Assembly: GCA_963662265.2 (NCBI GenBank)
Contig: CAXXHA010000010.1
Location: 32,001 to 96,000 of the forward strand
Length of the DNA: 64,000 bases
Source of the DNA: Spirochaetia bacterium
Lineage (GTDB): Bacteria > Spirochaetota > Spirochaetia > CADAEX01
Reading direction: 5' to 3'
Shown here: positions 34,506-44,230 of the stretch, one piece after another
Layout: each line of letters opens with the position of its first letter
Position numbering within the stretch: position 1 is the first letter of the stretch
Notes under the pieces: generated by a model
Databases searched by the model: none
What the model was told of the DNA's origin: nothing
Seen by the model: only the letters and a program-made list of their open reading frames with translations
Translations under genes and position numbers: made by a program

Positions 34506-35942
34506 ATGAAGAAGGCACTTGAATTTCATGATGAATTAAGAGACGCAATAGAATACAGGAAAGATTTTCTGGAAACAGAACTTCTTCCCAAATTAAAGGA
34601 GATGTTTGTAAACTATCACTCCTCATTTAAATCTGTTGTAAACCTGCTGCTTAACAAAGCATTAATTAAAGAAGATCCTTATAAGCATGATCAGAAAATT
34701 TCAGAAATTTCGATACCACCCTCTACACAGATCATGGAAAATGAAAAAGCTGTTCAGCTGGGAACAAGGCTTTCATTTTATGATACACAGCTTGAGCATA
34801 TAACACATTACTATGTTTTTTCAGTAGATCATATCAACACAGAAAGGATAAATCTTCTCAGGAAATTTACAAACCATATTCACTGGAAAATGGTTGCGGA
34901 AACATCCCAGAACCCGACAACAAGGGCGCTTGCCTCGCTGCTTGTAAAAATAAGAAACGGGAATGACCAGCTTTCAATATCAATAATAAATACCTCAATA
35001 AACCAGCTTGCCACTTTACAGAAGCTGATTGATGATGCATTGAAGGAAGTCGAAATATATCAGAAGGAAGCATATAAATTCAGAGTAAGGGACAGGGTAA
35101 TAATAAGTTCAGGTATATATAAATATGCCTCGGAAAACAGCTCACAGGAGACTCTTTCTGTCATAAGAAAAAAATTCAACGAAACCATGGTTGAAGAAAA
35201 ATTCATACCTGAATATATCAATGAAATACTTGAAGAGGAGTTTTCAACAGAGTATGACGAACTCAGGCAGGACCTGCTTTACAAACTGACAGCTAATTTG
35301 CAGAAAAAAGAGAAAAAAGAGGAAAAAAAGGTCAAAATAAAGCCTCCTTCACTCAACATGCTTTTAAATGCCGCGCTGACAGTTTGTTCCGCATCTTCCC
35401 AGCTCCAGTCGCTTGCAGAGAAAATAAATGAGAATGTTTCAGTTATCAGCGATATAAAAACAACCCAGCTGATAAGAATTCTGTCCAAAATCTTTAAAAT
35501 AAACAACACAAAGAATATATTATTTGAAATAGAATATATTGATGATTTAACCGGTTCAAGAAAAGTTGAAAAAATAGACAAAATTGATTTCATTAAAAAA
35601 ATACAGAAGTTACAGGCAGAACTCTCTGCGAAAAAGCTGAAAGCCGAAGTTACAGCGCTTACAACATCTGCAGGGAGAGAAAGCTACCTGCTCGATTTCA
35701 TTGACAAGGCAAATACAAGGCTGAAGATATTTACCTACCAGGCAGGCGGTATTGATAAATTCATAAAAAAATCAACTGAATCTTCTTCTTCTGCAGGCCA
35801 GCTGAAAGGGTTTGTTATAGAGAACAATGCTGTAAAAAATATAATTATAAAGTCAAAACAGCAGGCACAGGAATATAAAAACCTGAAAGAGGAATACAGG
35901 CAGTTCAGGGAACTGGGAATAGAAGAGGAAAAAGAGCAGTAA
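34506..35942 (+). CDS. Hypothetical alpha-helical protein
   Basis: 478-aa ORF, charged/helical, EDPYK motif; upstream TTGTCA-17-CATAAT. Confidence 0.7.
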   Translation: MKKALEFHDELRDAIEYRKDFLETELLPKLKEMFVNYHSSFKSVVNLLLNKALIKEDPYKHDQKISEISIPPSTQIMENEKAVQLGTRLSFYDTQLEHITHYYVFSVDHINTERINLLRKFTNHIHWKMVAETSQNPTTRALASLLVKIRNGNDQLSISIINTSINQLATLQKLIDDALKEVEIYQKEAYKFRVRDRVIISSGIYKYASENSSQETLSVIRKKFNETMVEEKFIPEYINEILEEEFSTEYDELRQDLLYKLTANLQKKEKKEEKKVKIKPPSLNMLLNAALTVCSASSQLQSLAEKINENVSVISDIKTTQLIRILSKIFKINNTKNILFEIEYIDDLTGSRKVEKIDKIDFIKKIQKLQAELSAKKLKAEVTALTTSAGRESYLLDFIDKANTRLKIFTYQAGGIDKFIKKSTESSSSAGQLKGFVIENNAVKNIIIKSKQQAQEYKNLKEEYRQFRELGIEEEKEQ

Positions 35943-36680
35943 TCAGTTTACAAACAGAGCAACCTGGCTGTTCTGTATGCAGACTGAAATATGCTGCTTG
36001 AATCCCGACTCTATTTCCTGCTGCTTGCTAAGAATCCTTGAAATATAATCAAGCGTCATTCTCGGTGTTCCGTTTCTCTCAACCCGGGATTTTCCCGCAT
36101 TATACATTGCAAGCGCTACAACATAATTCTCGCCGTTATCAAGACACCATTTCAGGTATTTGACACCATACATTATATTTTTCTCATCGTTGAAGAAGTC
36201 AGTTTCTGTCAGTTCAGGAAAAGACTTGGAATTCAGCTGAAACAGCCCCCTGTCGATGGAATGCTTGTTATAGTTTATTGCCCTTGATTTGAATTTGCTT
36301 TCTGTCCAGACAAGCGCAAAAACAGTGCTGAAAGGCAAGTCGTAATTATCAGCATACATGAGAATAAGTTCAGCAATGTCTCTTGATCCTGCAATCTTTG
36401 CATAGTAGTCAACGACATAGTTTTTTGTATATATATTTCTGTACATCTCTTTTTCCATGACTTTATAATCAGTCAAGGTATAAAGAGGATCATTTTCACT
36501 GTTCATTTCCTGCTGCAGCTCTGTTTTTTCAACCTGCGCGATAACTGCAGATTTTTCAGTCACCTCGGTACTACCTTCCAGCATGCTTATTGACAGCAGA
36601 AGAGGTGCAGCAAGGATAATAAAAATTACCCGTTTGATATAAGGCCTCCAGTAGAATATTTGTTTACAAATAATCGCCAC
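35943..36680 (-). CDS. SLT-domain lytic transglycosylase (true start may be ATC at 36638)
   Basis: ALVWTESKF, DRGLFQLN, ALAMYNAG, T.DYI. Confidence 0.85.
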   Translation of the reverse strand: MAIICKQIFYWRPYIKRVIFIILAAPLLLSISMLEGSTEVTEKSAVIAQVEKTELQQEMNSENDPLYTLTDYKVMEKEMYRNIYTKNYVVDYYAKIAGSRDIAELILMYADNYDLPFSTVFALVWTESKFKSRAINYNKHSIDRGLFQLNSKSFPELTETDFFNDEKNIMYGVKYLKWCLDNGENYVVALAMYNAGKSRVERNGTPRMTLDYISRILSKQQEIESGFKQHISVCIQNSQVALFVN

Positions 36681-36974
36681 AATATATACTTAAATACTCA
36701 AGACTAGTCAAGTTTCACACCCCTCATACCGATAAAATAAGTTATTTTTCTGCACTTTTTTACCGGTAAATACCGGAATTAAAGTCTCTAAAAGTCCCTT
36801 TTCAGCATTTTCTCCATTATGTCAAAGCCGGAAAAACACAAAAAATTACTGGAGTTTACAGCCTTAAAATAGAATTTCGGGACGATATTCTGCTGTCAGT
36901 TTTTTCAAGCGACAATGTCCTGATGCCGATAATCTCCTTAATTATCTCTTTAAATTTTATCATTCCGGAATATT

Positions 36975-37961
36975 ATGGAATTCAGAAAACAGACAGAAAA
37001 CAAGAAATTAAGCTTTATAGGTCTCGGATGCTGGCGGTTCGGAGAACCGGAAACTCAGGAAAAAACAGACAATCCGGGAAAATCATACTGGGGCAGCCAG
37101 GACAGAAAAGACTCATTAAAAACAATTGATGCGGCACTGCGGGGAGGTATCACGCACTTCGACACTGCCCAGAGCTACGGTTACGGAAGATCTGAACAGA
37201 TTACGGGGCAGAGACTCAGAAGAGTGCGGGAAAGCTGTATAATCGCCACAAAACTGATGATAAACAGGTCTGATCCTGATGACATAGAAAAAAAAGTCAA
37301 CTTAAGCCTCAAAAGGCTGAATTCCGATTATATAGATATTTTCTACCTGCACTGGCCCTCAGACACTGAACAGATAAAAAAAGCTGTAAATATACTGCAG
37401 AGGATCAGGGAATCGGGAAAAATCAGGCACATAGGAGTCAGCAATTTTTCTGTAAGTGAAATGAAAACAGCGATGAAAGAGGGGCAAATTGATTTTCACC
37501 AGACTGGATACAGCCTTCTATGGAGGGAAAGTGAAAAAGAAATAATCCCATTCTGTATTGAAAACAAAATATCAGTAATTGCCTACAGTTTTTTCGCCCA
37601 GGGGCTGCTTACAGCATCCGACCTGAACATGGTTGGACAGAAAACAAATGACAGAAGGCGAAACCTCCTGTTCTTCAAGTATAAAAACGAAGATATTCTT
37701 CACAAATTTAGAAGAACTCTGTTTAAAATATCAACAGACAGCGGTTATTCTGTCCCCCAGCTGCTTATAAGCTGGGCAAAATCCAGGAAATGGCTTGATT
37801 CTGTACTTATCGGAGCATCAAACAGAAAACAGATAGAAGATATATTAAAGAGTGAAAAAACTGCTGTGGAAGAGCAAATTATTGAAAAACTCGAAGAATT
37901 ATCATCTGAAACAGCATTTGATTTTAAGGATTCAGGAAACATTTTTGGGCATACCACATGA
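36975..37961 (+). CDS. Aldo/keto reductase
   Basis: IGLGCW, HFDTAQSYG.G.SE, SLKRL..DYIDIFYLHWP, GKIRHIGVSNF. Confidence 0.92.
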   Translation: MEFRKQTENKKLSFIGLGCWRFGEPETQEKTDNPGKSYWGSQDRKDSLKTIDAALRGGITHFDTAQSYGYGRSEQITGQRLRRVRESCIIATKLMINRSDPDDIEKKVNLSLKRLNSDYIDIFYLHWPSDTEQIKKAVNILQRIRESGKIRHIGVSNFSVSEMKTAMKEGQIDFHQTGYSLLWRESEKEIIPFCIENKISVIAYSFFAQGLLTASDLNMVGQKTNDRRRNLLFFKYKNEDILHKFRRTLFKISTDSGYSVPQLLISWAKSRKWLDSVLIGASNRKQIEDILKSEKTAVEEQIIEKLEELSSETAFDFKDSGNIFGHTT

Positions 37962-38049
37962 CGGCAAGATTGATTCCTGTAACTACTTGTAGTATTCTAT
38001 ACAGTATATACCGCAATAATAATCAGAAAAAAATACAGGGAGGTTTAAT

Positions 38050-40716
38050 ATGAAAGTCTTTAGAAAAAAGGCTTTGATATTTCTCGTTATTGTCCAGATC
38101 CTCTTAATGCCTTTATATTCCTGTTCCAAAGGTGAGGCTGAAAAGCCGAAAGATTCAGGTACAGGCGCCAAAGAAGAAATTACAATAGCAGAAAAAGATG
38201 AACAGATAAAAGAAACCGAAATTCTTACTCCGGTTAAACAGCCTGAGAAAATCGAGGGAATGATTACCTATTACTCGGGTGATGTTACTGTTTTCGAAGA
38301 GGGAGAATGGTACGATATTGAAATCGGTGATTTTGTCACAGAAAAAAATGTTCTTAAAGTTGAATCAGACTCATTCTGCGAAGTTCAGTTCGGAAATACG
38401 GCTGTTGTAAAGATTCAGGAAAATTCAGAAGTAGACCTTGCCAGGGTATCTCTTGAGCCGGGAAATGCTGAAGTTTCCCTAGATATGAAGCTTGGCAATG
38501 TTCTCTGCAAAGTCCAGAAATTAACGGGAAATGAATCATTCAAGGTAAAAACCCAGACTGCTGTCTGCGGTGTCAGGGGAACAGAATTTTCCGTATCTGC
38601 GGCAGAAAATGCCGATACAGTACTGGCTGTAAAAAAAGGTGCAGTAGCTATTCTTCCCAAATCCATGGATACAGATGAACTTGAAGAAAAAGTTTCAGGC
38701 AAAGGGGATGCTGTCAAAGAGGCAATCAGAAAAATTGAGGAGTCTGCCCCTGTTGTAAAAGCAAACGAAGAGATAAAAGTTGATACAGAAGTTGTTGAGA
38801 AATCAAAAGCTGCTGCAGAAAAAATAGAAAAAGTGGTTATCGAGGCTTCAAAAGCGGAAACAGCGGAAGAAGAGATAAAGATTGCTGAAAAACTGAATGA
38901 AGTAATAGAAGTAGAGAAAAAGGAAGTTGCAAAAACTGTTGAAAAACCAAGGGAAATCTCTGTAGAAAAAGCAGAAGACCTGAAACAGGTTGAACACATG
39001 AAAATGATTGCCATCACCCCTGTAGTTAAGGCAGAAGAGGGTGCAGAAGAAAAAGCTGCGCCTCCCGCAATTGTTCTTCACAAGGTATCAATAAACACCC
39101 TCACAGCAGGTGCTTCAATAGAAAAAGATGGAAGAATTCTTGCAACAAACAGTTATTCCGGCATCTTTGAAGAGGGGGAAGTTCTGAAATTCCATATTTC
39201 AAAAGAGGGATATGAACCCTACAATATGGAATTCAAGGTTACAAAAAACACTGCAAGGCTTTATAAAGTAGAGCTTAAAAAACTTCCTGAACCTGAAAAA
39301 GATGTACTGAAAAAAGAAATCAGCTTCAGCACAGTACCGGAAACAGCATCAATCTTCATAAATGGAGAAAACAAGGGAACAGGCAGTTTCACTGACATCT
39401 TCGAAGAAGGGTCAGAACTGAATATCAGGGCAGCAGGAGAAGGCTATGACGACAGGATTCTCGAAATAACTGTTGGTGAGAACACAGAGGAAGTTTATGA
39501 GCTCACCCTGCAGAAGGGAGTAAAGAGCTTTACAGTAAAAACAGTTCCGGATGATGCATCTATCATGTACCAGGGTAAAAAAGCCGGCACAGGAAGCGCA
39601 TCCTTTGATTTTAAATATGGAGAAAATGCTTCAATCAGTATAAGCAGGAACGGATACAAAGACAAAATACTTAAACTGACTATCGGCAAAAACACACAGC
39701 CTTCATACACAGTAAAACTTGATGCAAAACCTGTGGAACTTGTACTTTCACCATTTACAAAACCGGTAATAAAAACAATTGCGTACCAGAAGGGAAGATT
39801 TTTTACTTCTGATGCAGCAGGCAGTATTTATTCAGCACAGCTGGATGGCAAATCAAGCTGGAAATACACCACAAAAAACACACAGAATGCAAATTCTGCC
39901 CCTGTAGCTGCAGGAAAATATGTTTTCATGTCAGGTGCACGGGAAATGGTAACACTTGAAGCGGAAACAGGAAAACTGAACAACACAAAATCACTGGACC
40001 AGAATTCAGCCCACATGTTCGGAAGATCAATTATCCCGTACAAAGACAGCTATATCTATCCGAAAAATAAAATCATTACTCTGGGTACTTTTGAAAAAGG
40101 ATCTTCAGAAACAGATATAAACCTACCCTCAGATTCAGGAATGAGCCCTGCAGTCTGGAAAAACAATATCGTAATAGCAGACATGGAAGGGACAGTACAT
40201 ATAATTGATCCTTCAACAAAACTTGTAACCGGGTCAATAAAGACATCAGCATTCCAGCCTATAGCCCTGAGCATTGCAGTATCAGGAGACAAGGGGTATT
40301 TTGCAAACAGAAAAGGCAAAGTAGCAGCTGTAAACTTTGCGGCAAAACAACTTCTGTGGGAAAAAGAAATCGTTGAAGATAAAATAAACATCTTTACAGA
40401 CCTGGCAGTTCACAAAGGCAAAGTTTTTGTCTTTACAGGAAAGAATATACATATACTTAAGGCAGACACCGGGGACAAGGCGCTTGAACCGATAAGAGCA
40501 TCAACTCCTCCTCTGTGCAGCGGCAGCCTGTTTTTTGCGGGAAAAACTGACGGGGCCTTTGGAATATACAACGTACTCACAGGAAAAGAGGTCAGATCAA
40601 TACATCTTGATTACGGAATAATAAAGACAAGACCTGTGTTTGCAGACAGCTTGATTATTGCAGGAACAGACAGGGGTAAAATAATTATTATGAACCCTGA
40701 AGGATTCGGCCTTTAA
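38050..40716 (+). CDS. Lipoprotein with FecR-like, PEGA-like repeat and PQQ-type beta-propeller domains
   Basis: LYSC lipobox; FKVKTQTAVCGVRGTEF (FecR); repeated ST.P..ASI...G...GT...I...GY (PEGA); W-containing propeller blades at the C-terminus. Confidence 0.75.
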   Translation: MKVFRKKALIFLVIVQILLMPLYSCSKGEAEKPKDSGTGAKEEITIAEKDEQIKETEILTPVKQPEKIEGMITYYSGDVTVFEEGEWYDIEIGDFVTEKNVLKVESDSFCEVQFGNTAVVKIQENSEVDLARVSLEPGNAEVSLDMKLGNVLCKVQKLTGNESFKVKTQTAVCGVRGTEFSVSAAENADTVLAVKKGAVAILPKSMDTDELEEKVSGKGDAVKEAIRKIEESAPVVKANEEIKVDTEVVEKSKAAAEKIEKVVIEASKAETAEEEIKIAEKLNEVIEVEKKEVAKTVEKPREISVEKAEDLKQVEHMKMIAITPVVKAEEGAEEKAAPPAIVLHKVSINTLTAGASIEKDGRILATNSYSGIFEEGEVLKFHISKEGYEPYNMEFKVTKNTARLYKVELKKLPEPEKDVLKKEISFSTVPETASIFINGENKGTGSFTDIFEEGSELNIRAAGEGYDDRILEITVGENTEEVYELTLQKGVKSFTVKTVPDDASIMYQGKKAGTGSASFDFKYGENASISISRNGYKDKILKLTIGKNTQPSYTVKLDAKPVELVLSPFTKPVIKTIAYQKGRFFTSDAAGSIYSAQLDGKSSWKYTTKNTQNANSAPVAAGKYVFMSGAREMVTLEAETGKLNNTKSLDQNSAHMFGRSIIPYKDSYIYPKNKIITLGTFEKGSSETDINLPSDSGMSPAVWKNNIVIADMEGTVHIIDPSTKLVTGSIKTSAFQPIALSIAVSGDKGYFANRKGKVAAVNFAAKQLLWEKEIVEDKINIFTDLAVHKGKVFVFTGKNIHILKADTGDKALEPIRASTPPLCSGSLFFAGKTDGAFGIYNVLTGKEVRSIHLDYGIIKTRPVFADSLIIAGTDRGKIIIMNPEGFGL

Positions 40717-40740
40717 CCGCAGAATTACAATGAAACCTAT

Positions 40741-40769
40741 GCCGGAGAATATTTTCTCCGGCTTTTTTT
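40741..40769 (+). terminator. Intrinsic terminator
   Basis: GCCGGAGAA-tatt-TTCTCCGGC-TTTTTTT. Confidence 0.85.
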
Positions 40770-40811
40770 ATCTTCTTGATTTTGTTAATAAATTGAATAA
40801 TAATCCTAATT

Positions 40812-42401
40812 ATGAAACAACTTAAGTGTTTTACTTTACTGTTTATACTTATTTCATTCTCATCAGTCAATTCCGATGCATCAGAAGCCAACGGCAATGA
40901 CAACAGCCAGAGACCTCTTACCATAAGTTTTTCACCGGCGAATATTGAATATAATCCGCTGCATACATTTACAGCAACAGAAGCTCAAGTTTATACAGCG
41001 ATCTACGAAGGGCTGGTAACTTACAACCCGTTTACCCTGGAACCTGTACCGGCAGCAGCCAGTACCTGGAAAATAAGCAAAGACAAAAAAGAATATATAT
41101 TTACACTCAGAAAAAATTCCTATTACTGGGACGGGGTCAATGTTACTGCAGAAGATTTCAGAGACAGCTGGCTTAAAATGCTCAATTCGGAAACAAAAGC
41201 GCAATATGCGTTTCTTCTCGATGTGATAAAAGGGGCAAAAGAATACAGGACAGGCATCAATACTGACGAGAAAAGCGTAGCCATAGAAATACTATCAAAA
41301 TACAAACTCAAAGTGACACTCGACAAACCGGCAGAACATTTTTTGAAAATACTCTGCCATCACAGCTTTGTCCCGATACACCCCTCTTTCCTGAACAAGA
41401 AAGACTGGTCAGATCTACCTTCTGCCCCGGGGAACGGTCCATACTATATTTACAAAAAGTCAGAAGAAAAAATTCAGCTTCTGAAAAATGTTCTTTACTG
41501 GGACAGTGCCAATGTGGAAATCGAGGCTATCGACCTTGTTTTCATTGATGATCCCGAGCTTACTACAGAAAAATTCAACAAAGGAGAAATTGACTGGGCA
41601 ACCGGGAATTTCATATCTTCTGTGGTCAAAAAAAGAGAAAACATAATTTTCACCCCGACATTTGCAACAAATTACTTCTTCTTCAACTGCAGGAAAAGCC
41701 CGTGGGACAATCCCGAGGCAAGAAAAGCATTTATTCTGTCATCCCCACTCGAAGGGATAAGAAACAGCCAGTACCTGTATTATCCGGCAGATACCCTTGT
41801 GCCGCTGATCCCGAATTACCCCAGAATAAACGGGTATAAGAGACAGAATAAGGCTGAAGCTAAAAAAATACTGCAGGAATCCTTTAAAGATAAAAATATG
41901 GATATTATAATCAAAATACCCAATAATCCGGAAAGCGACAGAGTAGCATCCCTTCTCAAGGAATCATGGGAGGATTTTTCAGGAAGCAAAGTTGTCATTA
42001 AAAAATCTGAATACAACAAATACTACAATGAACTTTCGGAAAACAATTATACACTGGGGACAATATCCTGGATCGGGGACTTCCCTGATCCACTGACATT
42101 CCTTCAGATGTGGACAACAGACAGCAACCTGAATGACTCGGGCTACAGCAATACAGATTTTGACAGCGATATTGAACAATCAATGACTCTCTCAGGCAAA
42201 GAGCGTTACTCATTTCTCTCAAATGCTGAAAAGAGACTTCTCTCTGATGCGGCAGTCATACCGGTCAGCAACACCCCTTCAGTCAACTTGCTGAACAGGG
42301 AGCAGCTGCAGGGCTGGTACCCGAATCCGCTCGATATTCATCCGGTCAAGTATTTTTTCTATCCAAAAGATGAGATACATCCCTACCTTGTAAAGCGCTG
42401 A
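40812..42401 (+). CDS. Peptide ABC transporter substrate-binding protein (OppA-like, orphan)
   Basis: IYEGLV, PAAA..W.IS.D..EYIFTLR, VTAEDF..SW, GNGPY, WIGDFPDP.TFL. Confidence 0.88.
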   Translation: MKQLKCFTLLFILISFSSVNSDASEANGNDNSQRPLTISFSPANIEYNPLHTFTATEAQVYTAIYEGLVTYNPFTLEPVPAAASTWKISKDKKEYIFTLRKNSYYWDGVNVTAEDFRDSWLKMLNSETKAQYAFLLDVIKGAKEYRTGINTDEKSVAIEILSKYKLKVTLDKPAEHFLKILCHHSFVPIHPSFLNKKDWSDLPSAPGNGPYYIYKKSEEKIQLLKNVLYWDSANVEIEAIDLVFIDDPELTTEKFNKGEIDWATGNFISSVVKKRENIIFTPTFATNYFFFNCRKSPWDNPEARKAFILSSPLEGIRNSQYLYYPADTLVPLIPNYPRINGYKRQNKAEAKKILQESFKDKNMDIIIKIPNNPESDRVASLLKESWEDFSGSKVVIKKSEYNKYYNELSENNYTLGTISWIGDFPDPLTFLQMWTTDSNLNDSGYSNTDFDSDIEQSMTLSGKERYSFLSNAEKRLLSDAAVIPVSNTPSVNLLNREQLQGWYPNPLDIHPVKYFFYPKDEIHPYLVKR

Positions 42402-42556
42402 TCCACAGCCTCTCAAGGCTTTGCACCTCAGTCACCCGGTCGTATGTAATAAAATCCAAAATATTCAAAAACTTTTAATTACTTAATACATAACGGTTGG
42501 TTATATACGCTCTTCTCCCTTTGACGCAAACGTGTTTTTTCTTTATAATGTCCTTT

Positions 42557-43069
42557 ATGAGCAATAACACTGAATTTGACACTGTTTTTAAAGTTAATCA
42601 GCATATTGTCTACCCTATTCAGGGTGTCGGAACCATTCAGTCGATCGAAAAAAAGATGTTCAAAAACAATGAGATACTCTACTACATAATTTATTTTGAA
42701 GTATCCGACATGACAGTTATGGTGCCTGTAGATAAGGCTGATTCAATAGGAATAAGACCTATTGTTTCGAAAAAAGAATCTGAAAAAGCTCTGGTTATAG
42801 TTGCAGCACCTGATGAGCCGCTTACAACAGACTGGAAAATGAGATATCAGATGAACCTGGATCTTCTCAAGAAAGGGGATATTACTGATATCGCTGTTGT
42901 AGTCAGATCACTCTACCACAGAAGCAAACAGAAAGAACTTCCGATTCTTGAAAGAAAATTGTTTGATAATGCTATCAAACTTCTAATTGATGAGATTTCC
43001 TATTCTCTCGACAAATCAAAGGATGAAAGTGAACAGCTGATTTTCAGCAAACTGGAAACTGATACATAA
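42557..43069 (+). CDS. carD: CarD-family transcriptional regulator (probably leaderless)
   Basis: IVYPIQGVG.I, VMVPV...GIR, DWKMRY, LPILERKL; TTGACG-17-TATAAT-7-ATG. Confidence 0.9.
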   Translation: MSNNTEFDTVFKVNQHIVYPIQGVGTIQSIEKKMFKNNEILYYIIYFEVSDMTVMVPVDKADSIGIRPIVSKKESEKALVIVAAPDEPLTTDWKMRYQMNLDLLKKGDITDIAVVVRSLYHRSKQKELPILERKLFDNAIKLLIDEISYSLDKSKDESEQLIFSKLETDT

Positions 43070-43752
43070 TGAAGCTTAAAGTTTTTGCGCTTATTACTGC
43101 TGCGGGAATAAGTAATAGAATGGGGGGTGTGAAAAAAGAATTTATTCTAATTAAAAAGCACCCCCTTTTGCAATATACAGCAAATCCTTTTGATAAATCT
43201 GGTTTAATCAATAAAATATTTATTACATATACACCCAATAATAAAGAAATGTTCAATGATATTATTCAGGAAGCAAACTTAAAAACTCAAATAGTATTTG
43301 TTGAAGGGGGAAGCTCCAGGCAGCAGTCTGTATACAATGGATTACTGGCAATGAAGGAAGAAAACCCGGATATAGTTTTGATTCATGACGGGTCCCGTCC
43401 TGCAATCAGTAAACATCTTATAAAAAGTGTATATGAATCAACCAGAAGTCATGGCGCTGCAGCCCCTGTAATACCAATAACAGATTCCCTGAAAAAGACT
43501 GATAAACACGGGTTTTTATCAGAACATCCGGACAGGGACGAGTTCAGGGCAATACAAACTCCACAGGGATTTTTATATAAAGATATACTTGAAGCACATA
43601 TCAAGGCTTCTACAGACGGAAGGGAATATCATGATGACACAGAAATTTACTCCCATTATATAGGAAAGGTTTCAACTGTTCCCGGCTGTAAAAAAAATAT
43701 CAAAATAACATACCGCGAAGATTTAATGTTTTTTTCAGGTGAAGAACAATGA
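43069..43752 (+). CDS. ispD: 2-C-methyl-D-erythritol 4-phosphate cytidylyltransferase
   Basis: AAGISNRMGG..K.F, GGSSRQQSV, LIHDGSRP, QTPQGF, NIKITY.EDL. Confidence 0.92.
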   Translation: MKLKVFALITAAGISNRMGGVKKEFILIKKHPLLQYTANPFDKSGLINKIFITYTPNNKEMFNDIIQEANLKTQIVFVEGGSSRQQSVYNGLLAMKEENPDIVLIHDGSRPAISKHLIKSVYESTRSHGAAAPVIPITDSLKKTDKHGFLSEHPDRDEFRAIQTPQGFLYKDILEAHIKASTDGREYHDDTEIYSHYIGKVSTVPGCKKNIKITYREDLMFFSGEEQ

Positions 43753-44225
43753 TAAGAATTGGTCAGGGATATGATATTCACAAACTGGCAGAGAAGAGGG
43801 ATCTGATAATTGGAGGGGTTAAAATTGACTTCGAAAAAGGATCTGTGGCACATTCAGACGGAGATGTTTTAATACATGCAGTTATAGACTCCCTTCTTGG
43901 AGCTGTTGCAGAAAATGATATTGGAACACATTTCCCCCCTTCTGACAATAAATATAAAAATATATCCAGCAGGATTCTTCTCAGGAAAATATATTCAATA
44001 ATTAAAGAAAAAGGGTATAAAATATCAAACCTTGACACTTCTGTTATACTGGAAAAACCGAAACTCAGAAGCTATATAGATCTGATCAGAAAGAACCTTG
44101 CAGATGATCTTGAAACAGAAATAGGTAATATTTCAGTCAAGGCAAAAACAAAAGAACAATGCGATGCAGCAGGAAGAGGAGAAGCTATCGAAGCATTATC
44201 CTCGGTTCTTCTGATCAGAATCTGA
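43749..44225 (+). CDS. ispF: 2-C-methyl-D-erythritol 2,4-cyclodiphosphate synthase
   Basis: RIGQGYDIH, HSDGDVLIHA..D.LLGA, DIG.HFP, SVKAKT.E. Confidence 0.95.
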   Translation: MIRIGQGYDIHKLAEKRDLIIGGVKIDFEKGSVAHSDGDVLIHAVIDSLLGAVAENDIGTHFPPSDNKYKNISSRILLRKIYSIIKEKGYKISNLDTSVILEKPKLRSYIDLIRKNLADDLETEIGNISVKAKTKEQCDAAGRGEAIEALSSVLLIRI

Positions 44226-44230
44226 TTTGT

